NCBI GenBank assembly: GCA_964585475.1
Contig: CAZPDF010000002.1
Coordinates: 1,631 to 65,630 of the forward strand
Length of the DNA stretch: 64,000 bases
Direction of reading: 5' to 3'
Source of the DNA: an uncultured Candidatus Saccharibacteria bacterium
GTDB taxonomy: Bacteria; Patescibacteriota; Minisyncoccia; Sungbacterales; HO2-52-23
A program made the position numbers and the translations under genes. Position 1 is the stretch's first letter. The number at the start of each line of letters is the position of its first letter. Positions 34,858-43,310 of this stretch are shown here, piece after piece. The notes beneath the pieces are model-generated. The model made no database searches, was not told the origin of the DNA, and saw only the letters and a program-made list of their open reading frames with translations.

Positions 34858-36060
34858 ATGGCAGAATCGGTAAGGTATCTAGCGTTCCTAGTTGCAACTT
34901 ATTATTTTCTGCAAGCCATGGGCGGGAATCCCGGACTACACGTGCAGGCCCTGCAGAAATTCGTGAAAGAAGTTTGGCAATTCAGTCCGGCGCAGGCAGC
35001 AGCCTTTAATGCTTTTCTGGTAATCCCGTGGATGATAAAGCCGCTCTACGGGCTCGTTTCCGATTTCCTCCCCATTTTAGGTTCGCGGCGGAAGAGTTAT
35101 TTCATCCTGATGGGATTAATTGCCGGAAGTTTTTATTTTCTTCTCGATGTGCTGGGGACTTCAAAGGAAGCGGTGTCGTGGCTTCTATTTAATGCCGCTT
35201 TGGCAATTGCCTTCTCGGACGTGCTTTGCGATGCGGTTATGGTGGAGAAAGGGCAGCCGTTAAACGCCACCGATCGCCTGCAGTCCTGGCAGTGGTTTGC
35301 TCTTGGGTCGGCGGGGGTTATCATTGCTTTCTCTAAAGGGTACGTTGCCGAGTATCTGCCGCTTGGGCAGGCCGTTCGTCTTTCCATGCTCGCGCCGCTA
35401 TTCATGGTAGTTTTTTCCGCGGTAGCGCTGAAGGAAGAGCGCCGTTCCTCGTCCGGGGAAGCGGCTCGCCAGGCCTGGCAGGGGCTCAAGAAGGCAATCC
35501 GCCTGAAATCGCTCTGGGGCGCCGCGGTATTCATTTTTCTTTTTAACTGTAGCCCGAGTCTTGGCACCGTGCTTTACTACTATGAGAAAGATTTCTTGAA
35601 GTTTTCTGACGTTCTCATCGGCCATATTGACACCGCGGGCAGTATTGGATTTATTGCGGGGACGGCGCTTTTCGGACTGGCCGCGAAGCGTTTCAGCCAC
35701 GAAGTATTGATTAGGGTCATTATCGTAAGCGGCATCCTCTCTACTCTGGCCTATCTTTTATTCCAGGGAGCAGCAAGCGGCTTTTTGGTGAGCGGCATAG
35801 CATCCATTATTGGTGTTGCTGCGTTTCTTGGTCCGTTAACACTCGCGGCCAAAGTGTGTCCCAAATACGCCGAAGGTACGGTTTTTGCTCTTCTTATGTC
35901 CGTGGCGAATTTTGGCATGCAGGCGGGGCAAATTATCGGGGGGAAGCTTTATGAAAACATCGGTTACTCATGGCTCGTCGTAATTTCCGCCGCCTTTACC
36001 GCGCTCATGTGGTTTTTCCTGCCGCTGGTGCGGGAACGGCAATCAAACAAGAACGCTTGA
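34858..36060 (+). CDS. BT1-family folate-biopterin transporter (MFS superfamily)
   Basis: IPWMIKPLYGLVSDFLPILGSRRKSY matches the FBT signature PWxxKPxxGxxSD; 12 predicted TM segments. Confidence 0.7.
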   Translation: MAESVRYLAFLVATYYFLQAMGGNPGLHVQALQKFVKEVWQFSPAQAAAFNAFLVIPWMIKPLYGLVSDFLPILGSRRKSYFILMGLIAGSFYFLLDVLGTSKEAVSWLLFNAALAIAFSDVLCDAVMVEKGQPLNATDRLQSWQWFALGSAGVIIAFSKGYVAEYLPLGQAVRLSMLAPLFMVVFSAVALKEERRSSSGEAARQAWQGLKKAIRLKSLWGAAVFIFLFNCSPSLGTVLYYYEKDFLKFSDVLIGHIDTAGSIGFIAGTALFGLAAKRFSHEVLIRVIIVSGILSTLAYLLFQGAASGFLVSGIASIIGVAAFLGPLTLAAKVCPKYAEGTVFALLMSVANFGMQAGQIIGGKLYENIGYSWLVVISAAFTALMWFFLPLVRERQSNKNA

Positions 36061-36139
36061 TCTACAGGTGTTCTTTTCTTTTTGCCGCGGGCATGATAGT
36101 ATATTTACGGATCTTAAAAGGCATATAGGAGTTTGCGCT

Positions 36140-36892
36140 ATGCACGGTCTTATGAGGATTTTAGGCATTGCGGCGTTGTTTTTTATCGTGGCCTGCGGCA
36201 GATCGGATGCGCCTGCGCCATCTGAAATAAGGCCTTCAAGGCCGCCGATTCCGTCGCCCGGCGCGCCCTCTCCGGTCAAAGGAGAAGGAACGATTGTCGG
36301 CGAGGTTCTTTTCAAAGGAGTTCCGCCCGCACCCAAAAGAATCGTGGTGAATAAAGACAAGGAGGCGTGCGGCGATTATCAGGATAGTGAAGAGCTGGTC
36401 GTCGGACCAAATAAGGGCGTGCGATGGGCAGTAGTTTCTTTGGATTCGAGTCCCGTCGATATGCGTTGGGAAGGCACTACCCTTGATCAGCAGGGATGCC
36501 GTTTTTCGCCGCATGTTCGCCTAATTCCTGCGGGGAGTAAACTTATGGTGCTTAACCCCGACGGCGTTTTGCATAACTTCCACTCTCAATCCTCGGTAAA
36601 CCCATCGGTTAATAAGGCCCAGCCCAAGTTTAAGAAAACGATGGAGGTATCGTTTGAGAAGCCCGAAATTTTCAGGATTTCCTGTGATGCTCACGGATGG
36701 ATGAGGGGATGGATTGCGGTAATTGATCATCCCTGGCATGCGGTAACCGACGAGAAGGGCGGATTCAAATTCGAAAATGTGCCTGCGGGCAAGCGGGTGT
36801 TCCGCATCTGGCACGAGGGAGTTGCGCGAGGTGCCGTCGAAGTTGAAGTTAGGTTCGGTGAAACCACCAAAGTTTCTTTTGAGCTAAAGTGA
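36140..36892 (+). CDS. cupredoxin-like (type-1 copper, amicyanin/pseudoazurin-type ligand spacing) lipoprotein
   Basis: Lipobox IVACG; HNFH ... CDAHGWM gives His ... Cys-x2-His-x2-Met copper ligands; AGGAG RBS. Confidence 0.5.
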   Translation: MHGLMRILGIAALFFIVACGRSDAPAPSEIRPSRPPIPSPGAPSPVKGEGTIVGEVLFKGVPPAPKRIVVNKDKEACGDYQDSEELVVGPNKGVRWAVVSLDSSPVDMRWEGTTLDQQGCRFSPHVRLIPAGSKLMVLNPDGVLHNFHSQSSVNPSVNKAQPKFKKTMEVSFEKPEIFRISCDAHGWMRGWIAVIDHPWHAVTDEKGGFKFENVPAGKRVFRIWHEGVARGAVEVEVRFGETTKVSFELK

Positions 36893-37118
36893 TTGCGGCT
36901 CCTCCAAGGGGCCGTTTTTCTTTTGAGTTTGGTGAATAATGAAGTTTTGGTCCCTGAGCCTGTCGAAGGGCTACCGATGGGTAAAGCCAAAACGTTATCC
37001 TTCGACAAGCTCAGGAAGTAACGTTTTGGCTATTATTCACCAAGTTCTTCTTTTGCTCTCTTGCATTTTTTTGCGCAGGAGCTATTATAGATGACGGATC
37101 TTTTTTGGAGAGAAGCAA

Positions 37119-37529
37119 ATGTTTTTTTTGAGGTTTTTCGCGGGTTTAATTTTTGCAGGAATTTTATTTGCGGCATGCGGACAGGGAGATCAGACAAAAC
37201 AGCCCGAAACTCCGACTCCGCCTCCGATTCAGGTGGCGGATGGAAAAGCGCTTTACGAGACGAACTGCGTCGTATGCCACGGCATCAGCGGAAAAGGCGA
37301 CGGTCCTGCTGCGGCAACTCTGAATCCCAAGTCGGCCGATTTTACCTCGCGAATTATTCGCGATAAATGCAGGTTCAAGAAAGCGGCGATTGAGACGGCG
37401 ATTCGCGAGGGTGGTGCAAGGACCGGAGCTCCGAAGGGGAGTGTAATGCCTCCGTGGAAGAGTTTGACCCAAGAAGAGGTCAATGTGCTTGTAAAGTATG
37501 TTTGCGAAAGTTTTGCGGGGGAGAAGTAG
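37119..37529 (+). CDS. class I c-type cytochrome lipoprotein
   Basis: Lipobox LFAACG; haem-binding CVVCHG (CxxCH); distal Met in SVMPPW. Confidence 0.7.
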   Translation: MFFLRFFAGLIFAGILFAACGQGDQTKQPETPTPPPIQVADGKALYETNCVVCHGISGKGDGPAAATLNPKSADFTSRIIRDKCRFKKAAIETAIREGGARTGAPKGSVMPPWKSLTQEEVNVLVKYVCESFAGEK

Positions 37530-37554
37530 CGGAGTAAACAAGGTGGCCTGAAAA

Positions 37555-37978
37555 GACCACATTTTTTATTTTTTTCAACCCCTTGACAAGTTTTAGGCCA
37601 GCGCTACTCTGGTATCAGACAAATCGTTTATCCTATCGAGAGTCCCAGAAAGGAAAGGGCAACCTTGCGGAACTTCCGACTTGCAACTTCCGACTTCCAA
37701 CGACTTCTTTGTTGGTAGTTGGTGGTTAATTGTTGGTTGTTGCGTAAGCGCCGACTCTATCCCTAAGGATCCCTAAGCTCCGACATGCGTCGGAGCCGGG
37801 ATGGCGGCCGCTATAAGCGGCTTAGCCATAGAGTTTCGGTTGCCTATTGACCTTTTTCGGGATTTTTTGTTAGGGTGAGCGAGACGACCTTTGACAAGGA
37901 GAAGAAATCAATGAGACGTTTTTGGATGGTTTTGGGCACGATCGCGATGCTTTTCGGTTCATTTTCTTATGTCCAGGC
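37555..37978. repeat. 424-bp direct repeat, copy 1 (promoter region, structured 5' leader, and the first 23 codons, i.e. the signal peptide, of the downstream gene)
   Basis: Identical over about 424 bp to 39623-40046, from gaccacattttt... through ...tcttatgtccaggc; contains TTGACAag and internal hairpins such as gctccgacatgcgtcggagc. Confidence 0.9.
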
Positions 37979-39587
37979 CGAGACGGATATTCAGAAGCTG
38001 TCGAAGGTACTCCCGGCAGACGTTTTCAAAGAAGTTTCTAAAATTCCCCCCAAGCCGCACTTTTTGCTTGGCCTTGAGCCTAAGACCGATGAATGGGAGC
38101 AATACCTTGAATGGAGAAAGATCTTCCAGACGAAGGATCTTTTCTACGGGTATAATGGCTCCGGTGTCATGGATAAATCCCGCGCAGATTATGTCGCCCC
38201 GGGCAACACCGAGCTTTCAGAGACGGTGAACGTTTCCGGAAAAAATATTCTGATTCTTTACACTCATCACCACTTTACGAAGGACGGAATGCACTCGTTC
38301 TGGTCGGTCACGGGAGAGAAGAACTTGGCGGAGTTTTCTCCTGTCTATCGGAAATACGAAATCCAATGGGGACTCGGACATTTGAGCGACGAGCAGTGGA
38401 AAAATATCCAGCGGGTGCTCGGCTGGGCGCAATTTGAAGCAATGAAGGAGCTTGTTCATGATGTGATTGGTTGGGCTCTTAAGAAAAACCTCAAAGATTA
38501 TAGCGAGATGAATCTTACCGAAGGAGTGCTTGAGGCCCGCGCCGTCCTTCTTGACGATCCGGATTATAAGAAACGGCTTGATGATCCAGTTCCGGGGACA
38601 GCCGGGCTAAAAGTGCGAGACATTATTCCTGTGCCGCTGACGAGGGCCGAGGATTTTCTGCCCGATCTTCTTATTGTAGGACCCAGGGGTTTCTACGGCG
38701 GATTTGCTAACTGGAAAACACCCGATATGGAGCGAATTGTTTTCTTTGACCTCCTTGGACTTGCGCTCTGGCATGTGTCCGGCTGGCCGATGCCTGCGCA
38801 CGAATTCGTGCACACGAACCCCTATCTTCAGGGAATTCCGCTTAGCTTTTATTATGATATCGAGATGTGGGCGGATTTGACGACTGGGCTTGAATCCGGG
38901 ATGCGCGAGTTCCTGTTCCATCCTTATATGGCAGTGGTTCGAGATTCGGTGCGCACCCAATTCGGCTATGATTACGAGGAAGCCAAGCGCCGCATCATGC
39001 CGGGGCAATTCGGGGTAAAAGATATTCGCGAGAAGGAATTCCGAGAGCATGCGAGGCGCGTGAAAGTGATTCGGGATGAACTTGTGCGTTTTGTGAAAGA
39101 TCCGAAAAAAGGACTTCTCGTGCGGTTCTACAGCGACCCGTATTACTGGGTGGCGATCAATACTAAATACTGCGATACCGCAGCTGCCTGGAGAATTCTC
39201 TTTGCCCTGTCATACGAGCCTGCCGGTCTTTATGATCCTGATAAGAAGGATAAAGACGGCAAGATAGTTTCAGCGGTACAGCAGACCAAGGAATGGCTTA
39301 CTAGAGAGGAAGATGGGGGCAACATCAGGCGCCTTGCAGAAAAGGCGATGGCAAATACGGGCAAAGAGTCTAAATTCGCGAAGGAGCTTTCCAAAGTCGA
39401 GTCCAATGAATTAATGAAGTGCCCGGTTGATTCTCGCTGGTTCCTTATGAACGAAGCGGAAAAACGTATGTTCCATGATTTTATAAAGCCGCTTCTTCTG
39501 CAGGGGAAAGACGGAGACCCTGACGCAAGGGTTCTCCTCATGAGAATTTTTGGTCCCGCCATTCTTCAGCGCCTGCAGATTCGCTAG
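37911..39587 (+). CDS. secreted putative zinc metallopeptidase-like protein (HEFVH...E), paralog 1
   Basis: ATG with AAGGAGAAG RBS; signal peptide MRRFWMVLGTIAMLFGSFSYVQA; HEFVHTNPYLQG...E motif conserved with the paralog; shared C-terminal FYSDP block. Confidence 0.5.
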   Translation: MRRFWMVLGTIAMLFGSFSYVQAETDIQKLSKVLPADVFKEVSKIPPKPHFLLGLEPKTDEWEQYLEWRKIFQTKDLFYGYNGSGVMDKSRADYVAPGNTELSETVNVSGKNILILYTHHHFTKDGMHSFWSVTGEKNLAEFSPVYRKYEIQWGLGHLSDEQWKNIQRVLGWAQFEAMKELVHDVIGWALKKNLKDYSEMNLTEGVLEARAVLLDDPDYKKRLDDPVPGTAGLKVRDIIPVPLTRAEDFLPDLLIVGPRGFYGGFANWKTPDMERIVFFDLLGLALWHVSGWPMPAHEFVHTNPYLQGIPLSFYYDIEMWADLTTGLESGMREFLFHPYMAVVRDSVRTQFGYDYEEAKRRIMPGQFGVKDIREKEFREHARRVKVIRDELVRFVKDPKKGLLVRFYSDPYYWVAINTKYCDTAAAWRILFALSYEPAGLYDPDKKDKDGKIVSAVQQTKEWLTREEDGGNIRRLAEKAMANTGKESKFAKELSKVESNELMKCPVDSRWFLMNEAEKRMFHDFIKPLLLQGKDGDPDARVLLMRIFGPAILQRLQIR

Positions 39588-39622
39588 ATTTTTCTAAGGA
39601 TAACATAATGTGGTCAATATAC

Positions 39623-40046
39623 GACCACATTTTTCTTTTTTCGCAACCCCTTGACAAGTTTTAGGCCAGCGCTACTCTGGTATCAGACAAATCGTTTATC
39701 CTATCGAGAGTCCCAGAAAGGAAAGGGCAACCTTGCGGAACTTCCGACTTGCAACTTCCGACTTCCAACGACTTCTTTGTTGGTAGTTGGTGGTTAATTG
39801 TTGGTTGTTGCGTAAGCGCCGACTCTATCCCTAAGGATCCCTAAGCTCCGACATGCGTCGGAGCCGGGATGGCGGCCGCTATAAGCGGCTTAGCCATAGA
39901 GTTTCGGTTGCCTATTGACCTTTTTCGGGATTTTTTGTTAGGGTGAGCGAGACGACCTTTGACAAGGAGAAGAAATCAATGAGACGTTTTTGGATGGTTT
40001 TGGGCACGATCGCGATGCTTTTCGGTTCATTTTCTTATGTCCAGGC
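39623..40046. repeat. 424-bp direct repeat, copy 2
   Basis: See copy 1; ATG offset is identical (2068 bp) in both copies. Confidence 0.9.
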
Positions 40047-41436
40047 TGATACGGTCTGGCCCAAAGAATGTCAGGGCAAGGAGCCGCACTACCTTACTGG
40101 ATTTACGCAGACCAAAGATCAAATCGATGCTTTCTTCCAGATGCAGCAAAACTATCGGATGAGTCAGGCAGATTCTGCTAACCGTGCGGTGCGTGCTACA
40201 AACCTTGGAGAGTACGTAAAGCTTACCTTCTACGGCCACACGCTTACGCTATATCTGCCGATGTACCGGCAAGTGGGAAATACTGTTTACTTCCATACCG
40301 CATCCGGGGTGACACCCCTTACCGTACAGGAATTTGAGTGCGTGAAAGCGGATCTGAAGCAATGGATTCAGAGCGCGGTTGATGCAGACTACGATGATCA
40401 TAAGATGATTACTACGATCGCGGTCGAGAGTTTTGGCAAGCGAAACAATATGACTCCGGAAGCTGTGTATAAGCTTCTCGCAAAGCAGGTTCCAGAGTAC
40501 GGCACGAACTATGCTGACGTTTTGAAGATCCCCCTGCTTGAGCCAGTAGATTTCATCAGAAGTGTGAAATACATGTATTTCACAGCGATGGGCTCCTGCA
40601 ACGCCACCGTCTATGTCAAGACCGTGGTAGCGCTTACTCCGTGTGTGCGACGCATGGATCATATCATCGGCTATCCTACCGTGATGAAGCATGAGCTGAT
40701 TCATGCGAACATCAAACTCCAAGGATATCCCATTGCCTGGCACATGAATTACGAGCTTTTTGCCGCCCTGCTTCCTTTTCTTGAGCAGCCGACAAACCTT
40801 GACGACTTTTTCTATCACACGTATCTTTCGACGCCTTGGGAGATTCTCAAAGTGTTTGGCCGCTGGGATATCCAGAAGGTGCGTCAAGAGATTTTCCGCT
40901 ACGTCGTGGCTTGGCGCGGCAGCGCGATGAACCGAGAGGTTCTGGCAGGCTACCTTGCCGAGATTAACGAAGCCGCTAAGTGGCTTCGGGAGACTGGCCT
41001 GCAGGCGCTCGCCGAATTTTATTCCGATCCCCACGCTTGGGCTGCGGTAAACGACATGTTCTATGACGACGATATGGCCTATAAAGCGATAATGGCCAAA
41101 AACTGGGAGCCCACGCTTCTTAAGGGCCATGCTAATACCGTGAAATTCATCCTTAAGCATGCGGATCAATCAAAGTCGATTGCCGAAAGGGCCATGGAGC
41201 GGGTAGGAAAGGATAGTAAGGGCTTTGAAGACGACCGTCGCGTCAAGGCCCTCGGGGAGTATTTGAAACTCGCCGAGGCGCTCGGTTTCTCGAAAGACGA
41301 GCTAGTCCGCATGGGGCGCGCGCATGGATACCGCATTGAGCATTTCGAGCGGATGGATCTTGACATGATGCGCCAACTCATGAATGATTTCCTTAAGGGA
41401 GAAGGAATGTTTGAGAAAAGACTGGAGGTGCGCTAA
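39979..41436 (+). CDS. secreted putative zinc metallopeptidase-like protein (HELIH...E), paralog 2
   Basis: Signal peptide identical to paralog 1, then divergent; HELIHANIKLQGYP...E; FYSDPHAWAAVN block. Confidence 0.5.
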   Translation: MRRFWMVLGTIAMLFGSFSYVQADTVWPKECQGKEPHYLTGFTQTKDQIDAFFQMQQNYRMSQADSANRAVRATNLGEYVKLTFYGHTLTLYLPMYRQVGNTVYFHTASGVTPLTVQEFECVKADLKQWIQSAVDADYDDHKMITTIAVESFGKRNNMTPEAVYKLLAKQVPEYGTNYADVLKIPLLEPVDFIRSVKYMYFTAMGSCNATVYVKTVVALTPCVRRMDHIIGYPTVMKHELIHANIKLQGYPIAWHMNYELFAALLPFLEQPTNLDDFFYHTYLSTPWEILKVFGRWDIQKVRQEIFRYVVAWRGSAMNREVLAGYLAEINEAAKWLRETGLQALAEFYSDPHAWAAVNDMFYDDDMAYKAIMAKNWEPTLLKGHANTVKFILKHADQSKSIAERAMERVGKDSKGFEDDRRVKALGEYLKLAEALGFSKDELVRMGRAHGYRIEHFERMDLDMMRQLMNDFLKGEGMFEKRLEVR

Positions 41437-41462
41437 TGGTACGAGATAAGGGAGGTAAGGCC

Positions 41463-43055
41463 ATGAAAACGAGGTATCTCGTTTCTTTGTTCCTGGGTTT
41501 TGCTCTTATCGTTGCAGGCTGTGCCACCACTGGTCAGAAAGGATGCACGGATGAGGTTAAACAGCGCTACCCCACTTACACCAAAGATGAACGGTTGGTG
41601 CTCTTCTATGGCGCCAAAGGAGTGGGGTGTATCCATGAGTGGATTCTCGAGGTTGAAAAAGATAAGGATGGCAAGCCGGGTGCTCCCAAGATCGCCTACC
41701 ACAAGATCAAGCTTGACAAACTTCTGGCGGTGGAACTAAAGCAGCTCACAGATTTCGAAAGCATTCTTGATACCAATCCCCAGAACGAGCGGACGTATAA
41801 GCTCCTGGAAGAGATGGGAATTCGGCCTTACTTTGAAGCCATGGAGCGCGCGGGGAAATTCCGCTTTGCACGTTGGACGCTCAAACTCAATTACGACGAG
41901 TTCCGCAAGCTTCTTGGCGAGATTGATTCTTCCAAAGAAGCAGAGGATCGTCGCAAGAGTTACACTGCCGAGATTTTGCTTCCCCAATGGGATCCCGCTA
42001 AGGAAACCCCCTTTGTTGCGAAGTACGTTGAAGAAGCAAAAAAGAACGGGAAGCTTGTTTTTGTGGGAATGACTACGGTCTTTGACTATGAACTTCTTGG
42101 GAAAAAGGAGCCCGATCCGGAAGTCCCGTGGGACCCCAATCGATTTGTCTGGAAAGAAAAAGAAGAGGGGCTGGAACTCCGGCTCTATAAGGTGATGAAC
42201 ACTGACCGGCCTAGGGATAAGCAGCCTCATTATCTTGAGGCCACGCGCTTGACCTACCGTTTTGATAAGGACGGCAAAATCATTGGCACAGAGCGCGAGT
42301 CAAAGCCAGCGCTTCGTGTCTTTGCTTCGCCTTCCGATACTCTCGATATCGTGGTGCTTGATTCGGACCGCGAGGGAGACCTGGGTTTTGGTTTCCCGGA
42401 CGTCATTCAGAAGCTCTTTTCTAGCGTTGCGAGCGGAAAGGATCTTTACCTACAGCATCAGTCGCTTCTTGCCCAGCTTTTTGTGGAGAAGATGGCGGAC
42501 AAGCGAAAACCACTACCGAAGCCCCAGCCTCAGAAGCTTGAGACCGCGCAAGCCGGGACCCCGGTTGATCCGTGGGAGAAAGCACCCGGCCCGCAGGGAT
42601 GGAGCGTTCCCCATGAATACAAGAGCGAGAAGAAAGATAACTATAAGGTTGAAATCGTTTTGGTGCCAAGAAAGCCGGGGGAAGATTCTTCGGTGAGACA
42701 GATTAAACTCATCGCCAAAATCTACCACGCCGCGGCCAATGAATGGGAGTCGTCCAAGGGAGAGGTGGTAGAGTACTATCGTCCTCTGCCCGAGTACGCC
42801 GAGAAGAATATTCTTGAAACCAAGGTTGATTATTCTAACAAGAAGAAGGTTACGATCGAGCGCGAAGGCAAGCCGAGCATCTCGGGGATCGTGAATCCTG
42901 GTAAGAACGCATTTACCGAGGAGCGGCCGGTCGCGATTGATTTCTCCGATGGCGAGACGCGCTGGCGGATCGCCGATCGCGACAAGTCAGGTGTTTACAT
43001 GTACCGGATGGAGATTTCAAAATCCAGCGGCAGCTCGAACGGAGAAGACCAGTAA
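41463..43055 (+). CDS. lipoprotein, hypothetical (530 aa)
   Basis: AAGGGAGGTAAGG RBS; MKTRYLVSLFLGFALIVAGC lipobox; Lys/Glu-rich. Confidence 0.5.
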   Translation: MKTRYLVSLFLGFALIVAGCATTGQKGCTDEVKQRYPTYTKDERLVLFYGAKGVGCIHEWILEVEKDKDGKPGAPKIAYHKIKLDKLLAVELKQLTDFESILDTNPQNERTYKLLEEMGIRPYFEAMERAGKFRFARWTLKLNYDEFRKLLGEIDSSKEAEDRRKSYTAEILLPQWDPAKETPFVAKYVEEAKKNGKLVFVGMTTVFDYELLGKKEPDPEVPWDPNRFVWKEKEEGLELRLYKVMNTDRPRDKQPHYLEATRLTYRFDKDGKIIGTERESKPALRVFASPSDTLDIVVLDSDREGDLGFGFPDVIQKLFSSVASGKDLYLQHQSLLAQLFVEKMADKRKPLPKPQPQKLETAQAGTPVDPWEKAPGPQGWSVPHEYKSEKKDNYKVEIVLVPRKPGEDSSVRQIKLIAKIYHAAANEWESSKGEVVEYYRPLPEYAEKNILETKVDYSNKKKVTIEREGKPSISGIVNPGKNAFTEERPVAIDFSDGETRWRIADRDKSGVYMYRMEISKSSGSSNGEDQ

Positions 43056-43074
43056 TTTTTTAGATAAAGCTACA

Positions 43075-43100
43075 GTTCCGCATCACACGCGGAACTTTTT
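43075..43100 (+). terminator. rho-independent terminator
   Basis: gttccgcatcacacgcggaac plus ttttt. Confidence 0.7.
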
Positions 43101-43107
43101 AATTATT

Positions 43108-43306
43108 TGTCTAAGTTTTGAAGTCGGAGCGAACAAAACTTAGCAACAAATAATTAACCCCGCACTTATTTTACCACCCAGAACGATATGAAGCTTCCGA
43201 TGGCATGAATCACGACTTACTGTTGCGTGGTGCGTGCGCGAATAGCGCATCCCTCATTGGGCGAAGCACCACGCCGTCCGCTGCCCCGTAAAATAAGTGC
43301 GGGGTC
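43108..43306. repeat. Composite MITE-like element: IR module (ttaattatttgtctaagtttt...aaaacttagcaacaaataattaa) plus CCCCGCAC-TIR element (TIRs 43156-43174 and 43288-43306)
   Basis: 5' arm aaccccgcacttattttac and 3' arm gtaaaataagtgcggggt are reverse complements; same module order, inverted, at 240-473. The 3' TIR abuts the mfd stop. Confidence 0.6.
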
Positions 43307-43310
43307 GAAT

